Shown here piece after piece: positions 9,970 through 17,622 of a stretch of 38,310 nucleotides of DNA. The stretch is taken from IMG/VR virus record IMGVR_UViG_3300043932_000190; one strand, 5' to 3'. The notes under the pieces are model-generated. The model worked only from the letters and a program-made list of their open reading frames with translations, did no database searches and was not told the origin of the DNA. Origin of the DNA: a virus. Position 1 is the stretch's first letter; each line of letters starts with the position of its first letter. Position numbers and translations under genes: made by a program.

Positions 9970-10214
9970 ATCCGGTACAAAGAAAGACAATCCGGTACAA
10001 AATGAAATGTACCGGGTGCGGTACCGGATTTTCAACTGATTCCATCCATCTGTATCAGGGAAAAGCACAAAAAAATACCGCAAGTAAGCGGCTTTTATAT
10101 CGAAGAGATGCGGTAATAACGTTTGAAAAATTGGCTCAACTATTTGGATTCAGTAATCGTTAACTTGCTAGCCATCAGCGTTTGACCGGTGTTGTACCGG
10201 ATTGGTACCGGATT
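9970..10214. repeat. attP region with arm-type repeats built on a GTACCGG core
   Basis: atccggtacaa occurs at 9970-9980 and 9990-10000. The inverted form ((t/g)gtaccgg(at)) occurs at 10008-10016, 10020-10029, 10192-10202 and 10203-10213; the last two lie inside the 3' end of int. Confidence 0.6.
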
Positions 10215-11409
10215 TGGTCGAAGAATCGTTTGAATCATCTAAAAGTCCGCCTTGCATCACTCGAAAAACTTGTTGTGCACCCTCTGCAGTTGGACGAGTG
10301 TATTCATTCGTCATGGTGATATTTTTGTGGCCGAGCCAATGCATTACACTCATATCCGGCAGCCCCTTTTCCAAGGCTTGAGTAGCAAAGTAATGCCGCA
10401 ACATGTGGGGACGCACTTCAACACCGCTGGCTTTTGAGACTTTCTTGAAAATTCGGATGTTGACGCGGCCAGGGTGGGGCGGCATGCCAGTTCGTTCGTC
10501 CAAGTAAACAAACGTGTTTTCGTTGCAGACACGGTGAGTTTTCGCGCAGATATCTTTCGAATGTTGCAGCATATCATCAATGTAAACGACAATGCCCCCG
10601 CGAACATAGATTTCCCGTTCAGATGATTCAGTCTTAAGTTTACCACCGTTGGGCTCAGCTAGGGTGCGGCCAACGTAAAAATGGATCCGATAATAATCCC
10701 CGATGTCATCGTGGCCTTTCCGAAACGACCGAAACTGTAAACCAAGGGCCTCAGAGCGCCGTTCCCCGAGCGTGAGCAGATAGAGCATGGTCATATCGTA
10801 CTTTGAAAGGATTCCCTGAGCCGTATGCATGAATTTGTGGAAACCAGCCTGGGAAAGTGATTGGTCCTTTGGTTTTTTGGCTCCTTCAATACCAATTCCA
10901 CGGAGTCTGTTTTTATCAATGATGTCGTTCATTTCCGCAGTGTTCATTACATTTTGCATCACCTGATCGATTGTCCGAATAGTTAGTTTGGCGTACCCGT
11001 CTTCAACTTTTTGATCAATCAACCGCTGATAACCTGCACGGCTGATTTCAGCCATTGGTGTGTTGCCATAGACCGGCCGGAGATGCTTATTGAAATAATG
11101 ATTGTTCTGGAGAACGGTATTTTTCCGCCAACGACCAAGTGCTGTCTTTCTTTCAACCATCTGGTCAAAATATTGTCCGAGCGTCACGCCACGGTGAGTA
11201 ATCGGGCTAACTTGCCCGGTAGCGAGTGATGCCTCAAAATTTTTCAAAACAACATCAGCGTCTCGCCAAGTTAAAAAGCCAGACTTTGTGAACTCGTCGT
11301 TTTTTCCTACACTATTTTGAAATCCCCGACGAATTCCAAATCGCTTACCGCGACGAGTATCGTACTCGTAAACGTTTGGGTGCCTGGGGACCTGTGTCCA
11401 TTTCCGCAT
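10168..11409 (-). CDS. int: Tyrosine integrase
   Basis: C-terminal catalytic motifs (...RRSEALGL..., HMLRHYFATQALEKG, WLGHKNITMTNEYTR). The start is probably ATG 11409 (MRKWTQVPRHPNVYEY); the longer track ORF starts at 11454. Confidence 0.9.
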   Translation of the reverse strand: MRKWTQVPRHPNVYEYDTRRGKRFGIRRGFQNSVGKNDEFTKSGFLTWRDADVVLKNFEASLATGQVSPITHRGVTLGQYFDQMVERKTALGRWRKNTVLQNNHYFNKHLRPVYGNTPMAEISRAGYQRLIDQKVEDGYAKLTIRTIDQVMQNVMNTAEMNDIIDKNRLRGIGIEGAKKPKDQSLSQAGFHKFMHTAQGILSKYDMTMLYLLTLGERRSEALGLQFRSFRKGHDDIGDYYRIHFYVGRTLAEPNGGKLKTESSEREIYVRGGIVVYIDDMLQHSKDICAKTHRVCNENTFVYLDERTGMPPHPGRVNIRIFKKVSKASGVEVRPHMLRHYFATQALEKGLPDMSVMHWLGHKNITMTNEYTRPTAEGAQQVFRVMQGGLLDDSNDSSTKSGTNPVQHRSNADG

Positions 11410-11473
11410 AATCAGTGATCCTTCCATTTGTGTAATTCCAGTAGGCAAATACACACACCAGTTCGACTTAAGT

Positions 11474-11498
11474 GTGAAAGAAAAGCCCCGGGCGGGGC
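11474..11498 (-). terminator. Rho-independent terminator for the leftward lysogeny operon, upstream of int
   Basis: On the minus strand: gcccc-gccc-ggggc hairpin followed by ttttctttc, 24 nt after the stop of the 11522..12085 gene. Confidence 0.6.
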
Positions 11499-11521
11499 AA
11501 AAAATAATGTTGCACAGAATC

Positions 11522-12085
11522 TTATTTCAGAGTAGGCAAATCGCTGCGCTGCCAGTACCTTGTCGCAATGTCTGGAACGTTCGATGATGATGACTGTTTC
11601 TTACTAAAAGCCTTCAACTTGTCACCGCTGATTTGAACCTTGATGATGGGAATTTGCCCATTGCGTGTGGGGTGTGTCACCATTATTGCAATGTTTTGGA
11701 AGTCAGTGCCTTTTGATTTTTTGAAGGCATTCCATGTCTTCAGAATATCCGTGCCCGCATTTCTCATTGCCATTTTGTCTGATAAATCATTGCCGGATTC
11801 CTTGATGGTGAGACCGACCGTTTTTGTGCCGTTCGCATAGATACCAGTAACGTCTTCATAGGTGATCTCAGAGTTATAGTGCTTCAGCATCGCTTTAACC
11901 GAGACATCGCTGTTCAGCTTATATACCTTGATGGAAGGGGCGGCCGTTTCCTTTTTGAATTCGTTAGCACAGCTTGAAATCCCGGAGACGGACAAGCCGA
12001 TGACAATTACGAAAATCCAAAACTTCCAACTTTTCCAGAATGGTGTTTTGATCGTTCGGTGGGATCTCCGAGTTTCTTCCGTCAT
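11522..12085 (-). CDS. Prophage-encoded lipoprotein between int and the repressor; candidate superinfection-exclusion protein.
   Basis: 187 aa. N-terminal signal/TM (FWIFVIVIGLSVSGISS-C) with a lipobox-like ISSC. Its position matches that of Ltp-type Sie lipoproteins. Confidence 0.6.
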   Translation of the reverse strand: MTEETRRSHRTIKTPFWKSWKFWIFVIVIGLSVSGISSCANEFKKETAAPSIKVYKLNSDVSVKAMLKHYNSEITYEDVTGIYANGTKTVGLTIKESGNDLSDKMAMRNAGTDILKTWNAFKKSKGTDFQNIAIMVTHPTRNGQIPIIKVQISGDKLKAFSKKQSSSSNVPDIATRYWQRSDLPTLK

Positions 12086-12139
12086 TTTTAATTCTCCTTT
12101 GATTTCAGCTTTTAACGTCGTCAGGATTTGGACGGACTG

Positions 12140-12601
12140 TCAATACTCGTCAGGATCAAACGGTGGCCGGTGGATATCCTCGAAGAATACGTGCATCCAT
12201 CCCGGAAAACCTAGGTCATTCAGAATGGACGAGTAGTTCATTGGAGATATTTGTTTTCCGCCAAATATTAACTCAAAGGAAAATGCGTTGGCTTCTGCTT
12301 CAATGCCGGTCACCATCATTGGCGCATTCCGATTGAAGAAATTGGTGTCGCAGTCGGTGTGTTCGGTGCAGTGGCACAGCTCGTGGCCGCACACGACGTT
12401 GTCCTGATCCTCTGTGTTGTTGGAATTCAGTGTAATCATCCGAATACGATTTACATGGGTGCTGTAGCCTAAGATGGTTTCTCCCAGATCGTAATGATGG
12501 ACAGTAATGCCCAGATATCCTGCAAGCCGAAAAGGATCGCGGGTTCCATAGTAGCTGCTCAACTTGTCAGCCGCCGTAACCGCGCCTCGTAAGTTTCCCA
12601 C
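12140..12601 (-). CDS. immA: ImmA/IrrE-family zinc metalloprotease (anti-repressor protease)
   Basis: HELCH (HExxH) motif, 153 aa, GTG start with ggggag RBS, directly downstream of the XRE repressor. Confidence 0.8.
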   Translation of the reverse strand: MGNLRGAVTAADKLSSYYGTRDPFRLAGYLGITVHHYDLGETILGYSTHVNRIRMITLNSNNTEDQDNVVCGHELCHCTEHTDCDTNFFNRNAPMMVTGIEAEANAFSFELIFGGKQISPMNYSSILNDLGFPGWMHVFFEDIHRPPFDPDEY

Positions 12602-12621
12602 ATATCTCGCTCCCCATCACT

Positions 12622-13071
12622 TCACTCCGCATGGTCGTCGGTTTCACTACCGCGGTATTTCTTTGGCGTGAACTTCTTCTTGGCCAGCACCTTCGAGAGG
12701 ATCATGGTTTGGCGCAAAGATGCTTCCAGTAATTCACGATCCGTTTCGGTCAGCTCCGAGCCATTCTTGAAATAGTTCACGCCGGCTTTCCCAGTCACTC
12801 CCGCCATCGCATCCTCGAGCATCTGATCCACGTCTTTGTAATCCTTCTTGGTAAGAGAGTAGTAGTGTCGCTTATTCGTTTTGCCCAACAAGTAATCAGT
12901 AGAAACGTTGAAAAGAGTTGCGAGCTTAACGAGGTCGTCGTTGCCTATTCCTCGCCTATCATTTTCCCAGCTGGTAACAGTGCTCTGGCTGACATTCATT
13001 TTGGATGCAAGCATCGGTTGCGTCATGGATCGTTCTTTCCGGAGTGTCGCAATTCTTTCACCCATTGTCAT
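12622..13071 (-). CDS. cI-like XRE-family repressor (ImmR-like)
   Basis: Start refined to ATG 13071 (MTMGERIATLRKERSMTQ..) with RBS ggaggtg 6 nt upstream. N-terminal HTH_XRE; no S24 peptidase domain; paired with ImmA. Confidence 0.85.
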   Translation of the reverse strand: MTMGERIATLRKERSMTQPMLASKMNVSQSTVTSWENDRRGIGNDDLVKLATLFNVSTDYLLGKTNKRHYYSLTKKDYKDVDQMLEDAMAGVTGKAGVNYFKNGSELTETDRELLEASLRQTMILSKVLAKKKFTPKKYRGSETDDHAE

Positions 13072-13210
13072 AAAAGCACCTCCACGATTTGTATTATAGG
13101 TTGTACGGATAGTAAGTGCCAAATATTTTTGACAAAGTTGTACAAAAACGGTTGACTTGTACGAATTGTAGATGTACGATATGTACATAAATAACAAAGG
13201 AGGTAATCGA
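13072..13210. promoter_or_regulatory. Divergent genetic-switch region with repeated TGTAC operator-like half sites
   Basis: TGTAC occurs at 13102, 13139, 13158, 13173 and 13182, plus TGTAG at 13167. Rightward promoter: ttgact (13152-57), 17 nt, tacgat (13175-80). Leftward promoter: tataat (complement of 13093-98) with ttggca 18 nt upstream. Confidence 0.6.
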
Positions 13211-13435
13211 ATGAAACTTCAACAAGCACGTGAGCGTGCACATATCACGCAAGAAGAGCTTGCTATTCGCTCAAGCTTGTCGCTTTCAATGGTTCAATCA
13301 ATTGAGAATGGACGCCGAGAGGGGTCCACCAAGACCTTAATTGCGCTTGCTAAAGCGCTTGATGTAACGCCTAATGATCTTTTGTATGGATATGAAAACA
13401 CTAATCGTACAACATTCCAGGAGGCCACGAAATGA
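13211..13435 (+). CDS. Cro-like XRE-family HTH protein
   Basis: 74 aa (MKLQQARERAHITQEELAIRSSLS...), RBS aaaggaggt, divergent from the repressor. Confidence 0.8.
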   Translation: MKLQQARERAHITQEELAIRSSLSLSMVQSIENGRREGSTKTLIALAKALDVTPNDLLYGYENTNRTTFQEATK

Positions 13436-13617
13436 ATGAAGAAGACAAACTTTCAGAAGAACGCATCGAGCAAATTGCGGAAGCACTGAGCGGGTTGGAC
13501 ATGAACCAGTGGGGCGAAGTCCAGCGGATCATCGAGCATCTTTACCACCCGGTAAAAAAGACACTGACCTCCGAAGAAATCAGTGCCACGCTCACGAAGT
13601 GCCGGACCTGGCTCTAG
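13432..13617 (+). CDS. Hypothetical small early protein
   Basis: 61 aa, RBS aggagg 8 nt upstream, ATGA overlap with cro. Confidence 0.6.
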   Translation: MNEEDKLSEERIEQIAEALSGLDMNQWGEVQRIIEHLYHPVKKTLTSEEISATLTKCRTWL

Positions 13618-13853
13618 TCGTTGACAACCTGCAGTTGTAACGGACTGACGCGGTAATCGCGGCCCTGGTACTCAATGTGAACGAACGGGAACGTCTCTAG
13701 CTTGCCCGGAATTGTATCGAGCGGGATAGAATCCAAAATGCCGCCTTCCTTGACCCATGTGACTGGGTCAGTTTGATGGATCGAAACAACGGCGTCTTTC
13801 GGGATTTCCGTCCAACCCATCGGAGCTAGATTGGCGTAAAGATGCACTGACAT
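13614..13853 (-). CDS. Hypothetical protein on the minus strand, embedded in the rightward early region
   Basis: 79 aa, very strong RBS (aaggaggtg, 6-nt spacing) on the minus strand. Confidence 0.65.
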   Translation of the reverse strand: MSVHLYANLAPMGWTEIPKDAVVSIHQTDPVTWVKEGGILDSIPLDTIPGKLETFPFVHIEYQGRDYRVSPLQLQVVND

Positions 13854-13905
13854 TTAATCACCTCCTTGAGGTGATTATCCCACGATTCAGAAAGAAGGAA
13901 TCAGA

Positions 13906-14616
13906 ATGAACGAACTAATCAAAACCATCATGCAAGATGATGGCACGGTCGCAGTGAGCGGCCGGGACCTACATGACTTCTTGGAAGTCGATACTCCATA
14001 TACGCAGTGGTTTGACCGCATGATCGACTATGGATTCACCCAAAACGTTGATTTCACGGGTTTATCACAAAAAAGTGAAAAACCTACCGGCGGCCGTCCA
14101 CGTGTCGATCACGCCTTGACCCTGGATATGGCCAAGGAAGTTGCGATGATCCAACGGACGGATAAAGGCAGGCAAGCACGCCAGTATTTCATCGCTGTGG
14201 AGAGCCGGTACAAGCAACTTGCAGCACTGCCTCAGACACCGGAGGAAAAGCTCGCCTTAACCATGGAGGTGGCCAATAGGAGCGCCGAGAAAGTCAGAAA
14301 GCTCGACGGCCGAGTCACTGACTTGGAAAAGAATGCTCCGATTGCTCCCGGCGAATACAGCTATATCAGCCGTCAGGTCCGGAACGTGGTTGAGAGTTAC
14401 GTTAACATGCATCATCTCCGGCTGACCCAGAAGCAGCGTGGGTTGCTCTACAAAGACGTCAGCCGCGGCATGAACGAGTATGTCGGGATTAAGACACGCA
14501 CGCAGTTGCGCAAGCGCGACTTTGACAAAGCCGACGAGTACATCGGCAACTGGCACCCGTCAACGGCCACGATGATGCTGATCCAGGAAGCACAGGAGGT
14601 AGGTGTCGAAAAATGA
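13906..14616 (+). CDS. ant: Phage antirepressor (ORF6N/KilAC-type)
   Basis: N-terminus VSGRDLHDFLEVDTPYTQWFDRMIDYGFTQNVDF is typical of ORF6N/Bro-N antirepressor domains. 236 aa. Confidence 0.75.
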   Translation: MNELIKTIMQDDGTVAVSGRDLHDFLEVDTPYTQWFDRMIDYGFTQNVDFTGLSQKSEKPTGGRPRVDHALTLDMAKEVAMIQRTDKGRQARQYFIAVESRYKQLAALPQTPEEKLALTMEVANRSAEKVRKLDGRVTDLEKNAPIAPGEYSYISRQVRNVVESYVNMHHLRLTQKQRGLLYKDVSRGMNEYVGIKTRTQLRKRDFDKADEYIGNWHPSTATMMLIQEAQEVGVEK

Positions 14617-14825
14617 ACGAAGAAATCAAGCAGCATGCACTGCGTATTGCAGAAATATTGCAGGAACAAGGAAATCCATACCAGCGGATTGAAATTGACG
14701 CTGATGGGATTAAAAAGGTCTCCACCGATTGGTCAGAACCAGCAGAGACCTCACAAGGACGTTCCGTCAAAACTGATGTTTCACTAGACGAAAGCGGAAT
14801 CACTACTGTCTCACATCTGGATTAG
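14613..14825 (+). CDS. Hypothetical protein
   Basis: 70 aa, ATGA overlap with the ant stop. Confidence 0.5.
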   Translation: MNEEIKQHALRIAEILQEQGNPYQRIEIDADGIKKVSTDWSEPAETSQGRSVKTDVSLDESGITTVSHLD

Positions 14826-15024
14826 TAAATCGTCTGATTTGATCACTGATGTCGTCATGAAATGCGATTGAGAACTGTTTCGTTAGTGCATCTGCAATTT
14901 CGTCAGGATTCACGTTTTCGCTTTTTATAGAAGATACGACCTTACTTGTATCAACCTTATCAACTGATCGATAAGCGGCCAGCACCATGATGTCAGAGAA
15001 CGATAAATGTGAGTTGATTTGCAT
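14803..15024 (-). CDS. Hypothetical protein, second gene of a leftward two-gene operon with the XRE at 15071..15421
   Basis: 73 aa, RBS gggaggtg 7 nt upstream on the minus strand. Confidence 0.6.
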   Translation of the reverse strand: MQINSHLSFSDIMVLAAYRSVDKVDTSKVVSSIKSENVNPDEIADALTKQFSIAFHDDISDQIRRFTNPDVRQ

Positions 15025-15070
15025 TTTTCTTCACCTCCCTTCGATGCAATTGTCCAGGTGAGGTCGAGTT

Positions 15071-15421
15071 TCATTTCTCCACCTCGTTGTCCCCACTGAG
15101 TATTCGGCGCACACGTTCCTGCTCCTCAGGGGTGAGCGCGTTGCCCAGTTCCTCCCACTTGCTTCGTTGTTTGGCGGCGGATGAGCCGTCAGGGCGCTGA
15201 TTGTACGGGGGGAAGTCCAGAAGCTCTGTGAGGGACATACCGAGGCCGTGAGCAATCTTTACGACGGTCTCCATTTTGGGACTGGCGGTAACCTGATTCA
15301 TGACTGTGCTGATTGAAGATTGGCGTAGTCCAGATAGAGTTGCTAGCCGGTTAGCTGTCATATCCCGTTCCGTGAGGATCGTGTTGATTCGGTCCGCTAT
15401 GAGCTTTGAGTCTGTTACCAT
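15071..15421 (-). CDS. Second XRE-family HTH regulator
   Basis: Start refined to ATG 15421 (MVTDSKLIADRINTILTERDMTANRLATLSG..), RBS aggag. 116 aa. Confidence 0.75.
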   Translation of the reverse strand: MVTDSKLIADRINTILTERDMTANRLATLSGLRQSSISTVMNQVTASPKMETVVKIAHGLGMSLTELLDFPPYNQRPDGSSAAKQRSKWEELGNALTPEEQERVRRILSGDNEVEK

Positions 15422-15573
15422 TTTGAACACTCCTAACGGAATAACGTTAACTGACGGTACTAAAACTGGCAATTTTTTTGAATATAATATCAATATCACG
15501 TTGACAAAGAACGCGAACATGATATTATATAGATAAAGACAACGGGAACCCGTTGAAAGAGGAGGTGAGAAAG
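15422..15573. promoter_or_regulatory. Second divergent promoter/operator region
   Basis: ttgaca (15501-06), 16-17 nt, tattat. Palindrome aacgggaacccgtt (15541-54). AACGG/CCGTT-type repeats near 15437-15460. Confidence 0.5.
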
Positions 15574-15780
15574 TTGAAAGCAGGAGAGCTAATCAAAGAA
15601 TACCGGCAGAAGCGAAGCATGTCTCAAGTTGCCTTGTCTGATGCGTCGGGAATCCCACAGTCCACAATCAGCACTATTGAGAATGGTTCCACACCATCGT
15701 GGGAAATTATGAAGAAGTTGGCGATCACTCTGAACATCAGCGTGGGTGATCTGCTCGGAACACAGGAGGTGAAGAACTAA
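15574..15780 (+). CDS. Third XRE-family HTH protein (cro-like), divergent from 15071..15421
   Basis: Likely TTG start at 15574 with aggaggtg 6 nt upstream (the track ORF starts at 15553). HTH sequence RQKRSMSQVALSDASGIPQSTISTIENG. Confidence 0.7.
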   Translation: MKAGELIKEYRQKRSMSQVALSDASGIPQSTISTIENGSTPSWEIMKKLAITLNISVGDLLGTQEVKN

Positions 15781-16079
15781 TGGCGCTGACCAAGGAAGAC
15801 GAAGAACGTGTCCGCGAGATTGCTCAGACGGTCTATGAGAATCAGAAGGGAAGCCGCACGACGCCTGAGGTACGTAAGTTCAAGCAAGACATCGAGAACT
15901 GGTTGCGTGACAGCTTTCCAAACGATAGCGACCGTCAAGGACGTAACAGCAACCGTAGCGGCTTATATGCGGTGTTACGTACCAGACTCGATTTGAGCAA
16001 CATTCAGAACTTGCGTGATGGGCAGATCCCAGAGGCCCGGCAGATTTTCGATGAATACAAGCACCTTCTTTCTGACTGA
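15780..16079 (+). CDS. Hypothetical protein
   Basis: 99 aa, RBS aggaggtg, TAATG overlap with the upstream gene. Confidence 0.6.
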   Translation: MALTKEDEERVREIAQTVYENQKGSRTTPEVRKFKQDIENWLRDSFPNDSDRQGRNSNRSGLYAVLRTRLDLSNIQNLRDGQIPEARQIFDEYKHLLSD

Positions 16080-16166
16080 GGAGCAATTGGCTTCATCGTT
16101 TTAATGGTAAGGCATACTGCCGTTAAGCCGCTACACAGCTGTTACACAAATTAAGGAGGTGACAAA

Positions 16167-16649
16167 ATGACGATCAACATTATTGATGAATTTGAACGAT
16201 CCCTCGAGGAGCAGCATCTGACAAAAAAAGAACTTTCAGGTCGGCTGCATGTGACACAGGCTGCTTTGAGCAATTGGGTATCACGTGATGGAACAATTCC
16301 ATCAGACAAACTGATTCCAGCTGCATTAGCAATTGGCAGTGACCGATTTCTTGACGCTGCGGTCGAATATGCCACTGACGGACGTCTCCGAGTGTTTGCG
16401 GATGACGTTGATACAGACGATCCTCTCGTTCTTTTCCTCAAAGAGAAGATGGCTCATGCGCAGTTCGAGCGTTGTGCACAAGACGCAGAATCTGCGCTCG
16501 CCACGGATCCACGAAAGAGGTGCCGATCTGATTTTGAAAAGATTGATCAGTATATCGACGCTGGTGATGATCTAGTGGAACATTTGGAAAGCTTTTTAGG
16601 AACACTGAGACAGCAGAAATTGCAGGAGGTGAGTCAAGCATGGATGTGA
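16167..16649 (+). CDS. Putative HTH DNA-binding protein
   Basis: 160 aa, RBS aaggaggtg. The N-terminus (LTKKELSGRLHVTQAALSNWVSRDG) resembles a Cro/YdaS-type HTH. Confidence 0.6.
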   Translation: MTINIIDEFERSLEEQHLTKKELSGRLHVTQAALSNWVSRDGTIPSDKLIPAALAIGSDRFLDAAVEYATDGRLRVFADDVDTDDPLVLFLKEKMAHAQFERCAQDAESALATDPRKRCRSDFEKIDQYIDAGDDLVEHLESFLGTLRQQKLQEVSQAWM

Positions 16650-16942
16650 ATATCAATATTCCGACAGACGGAGAATTTCAAAAGATGCTGATTCAGGCCA
16701 TTGCCAAAGAAGCAGCTGCCCGGATTCCGGTACCAGAGCAGCCAGAGCCTCTGCTCACAAGGGACGGTTTGGCAAAGGTTATGGGCATTAGCCCGGAATC
16801 TGCCAAGCAGTGGGAGGCAAATCCTGACTATCCTTGGCATCGGTTGGGTAAGAGCAGCCGCGGATACTTCTACAGCGAAGTACACAAATGGCTGATCACT
16901 CACCCAGAGAAAGGTCTTGATATGAATGCCTACCGAAAATGA
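16640..16942 (+). CDS. Putative excisionase-like / MerR-type HTH protein
   Basis: 100 aa. LLTRDGLAKVMGISPESAKQWEANPDYPWHRLGKS resembles excisionase-family HTH domains. Confidence 0.45.
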   Translation: MDVNINIPTDGEFQKMLIQAIAKEAAARIPVPEQPEPLLTRDGLAKVMGISPESAKQWEANPDYPWHRLGKSSRGYFYSEVHKWLITHPEKGLDMNAYRK

Positions 16943-17081
16943 ATTACTAATGGTGATCCTGCTCATGGCCGCAACTGCCTCAGTGATCACGGCGATCATG
17001 ATCCGGCCGGACTGGTTCGGACTGGAAAACGACAACAAAAAGACCGCTAACGGTGGCACCCGTCAACGGCCGGAGAAATAA
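16926..17081 (+). CDS. Possible small single-pass membrane protein (51 aa), not in the ORF track
   Basis: ATG 16926, stop 17079-81. One hydrophobic helix (LLMVILLMAATASVITAIMI). Weak RBS. Confidence 0.3.
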   Translation: MPTENELLMVILLMAATASVITAIMIRPDWFGLENDNKKTANGGTRQRPEK

Positions 17082-17134
17082 ACATTGCAATAGTTATTTC
17101 TCCTCTAGTTTAGCAGAAAACGGAGGTACGAACA

Positions 17135-17620
17135 ATGCAAGCTAACGCAAGCAATTACAGCTTGGCGGCCGCCTACGACCGTCAGAACGACGACAGTGAC
17201 GTAATCACAGACGTGCTGGGCGGCAACATCTATCCCGGTGATAAGGTCTGGACGTTCCGCTACCACGATCGGAGCGGCAGGGAAGTTCCAGCAATCCTGT
17301 CTTATGACGACAAGAGTACGAAAGAATTTATGCATGACGAACTCAAACGGCTCGGGCCAGTGCAGTATCTGCGGCGGGTCATGCATGAGGAACCAGCGGA
17401 CTTCTTGCTGCGAGAATTCGGCAAGGACAACCAGATTATCAACCCGGACATTATCCGCAACATGATCGAGCGGGCATTGGCGGCTGGTGACATCGAGCGG
17501 GTGCTCCAGTTCGATTTTGCGAGCACCATCGAGGACTATCTGAATCACATGCAAGACACTGACCAGGCACCGATGGAGTTGTATTACGACGCCGGTCACT
17601 ACGAATACGGGGAGGTATAA
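17135..17620 (+). CDS. Hypothetical protein
   Basis: 161 aa, RBS acggaggt. Confidence 0.6.
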   Translation: MQANASNYSLAAAYDRQNDDSDVITDVLGGNIYPGDKVWTFRYHDRSGREVPAILSYDDKSTKEFMHDELKRLGPVQYLRRVMHEEPADFLLREFGKDNQIINPDIIRNMIERALAAGDIERVLQFDFASTIEDYLNHMQDTDQAPMELYYDAGHYEYGEV

Positions 17621-17622
17621 AA

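Noticed and set aside
10031-10167. A tRNA 3'-end fragment as the attP core next to int.
   Set aside because: I looked for a T-arm/acceptor-like sequence here, since many Lactobacillaceae phages integrate into tRNA genes, and found none. The core site cannot be assigned from this window.
13072-13197. N-terminal extension of the repressor ORF (track start 13197), and likewise 15422-15520 for the second XRE.
   Set aside because: The extensions run through the promoter/operator DNA and encode hydrophobic junk. Internal ATGs at 13071 and 15421 have strong RBSs and begin exactly at the HTH domain.
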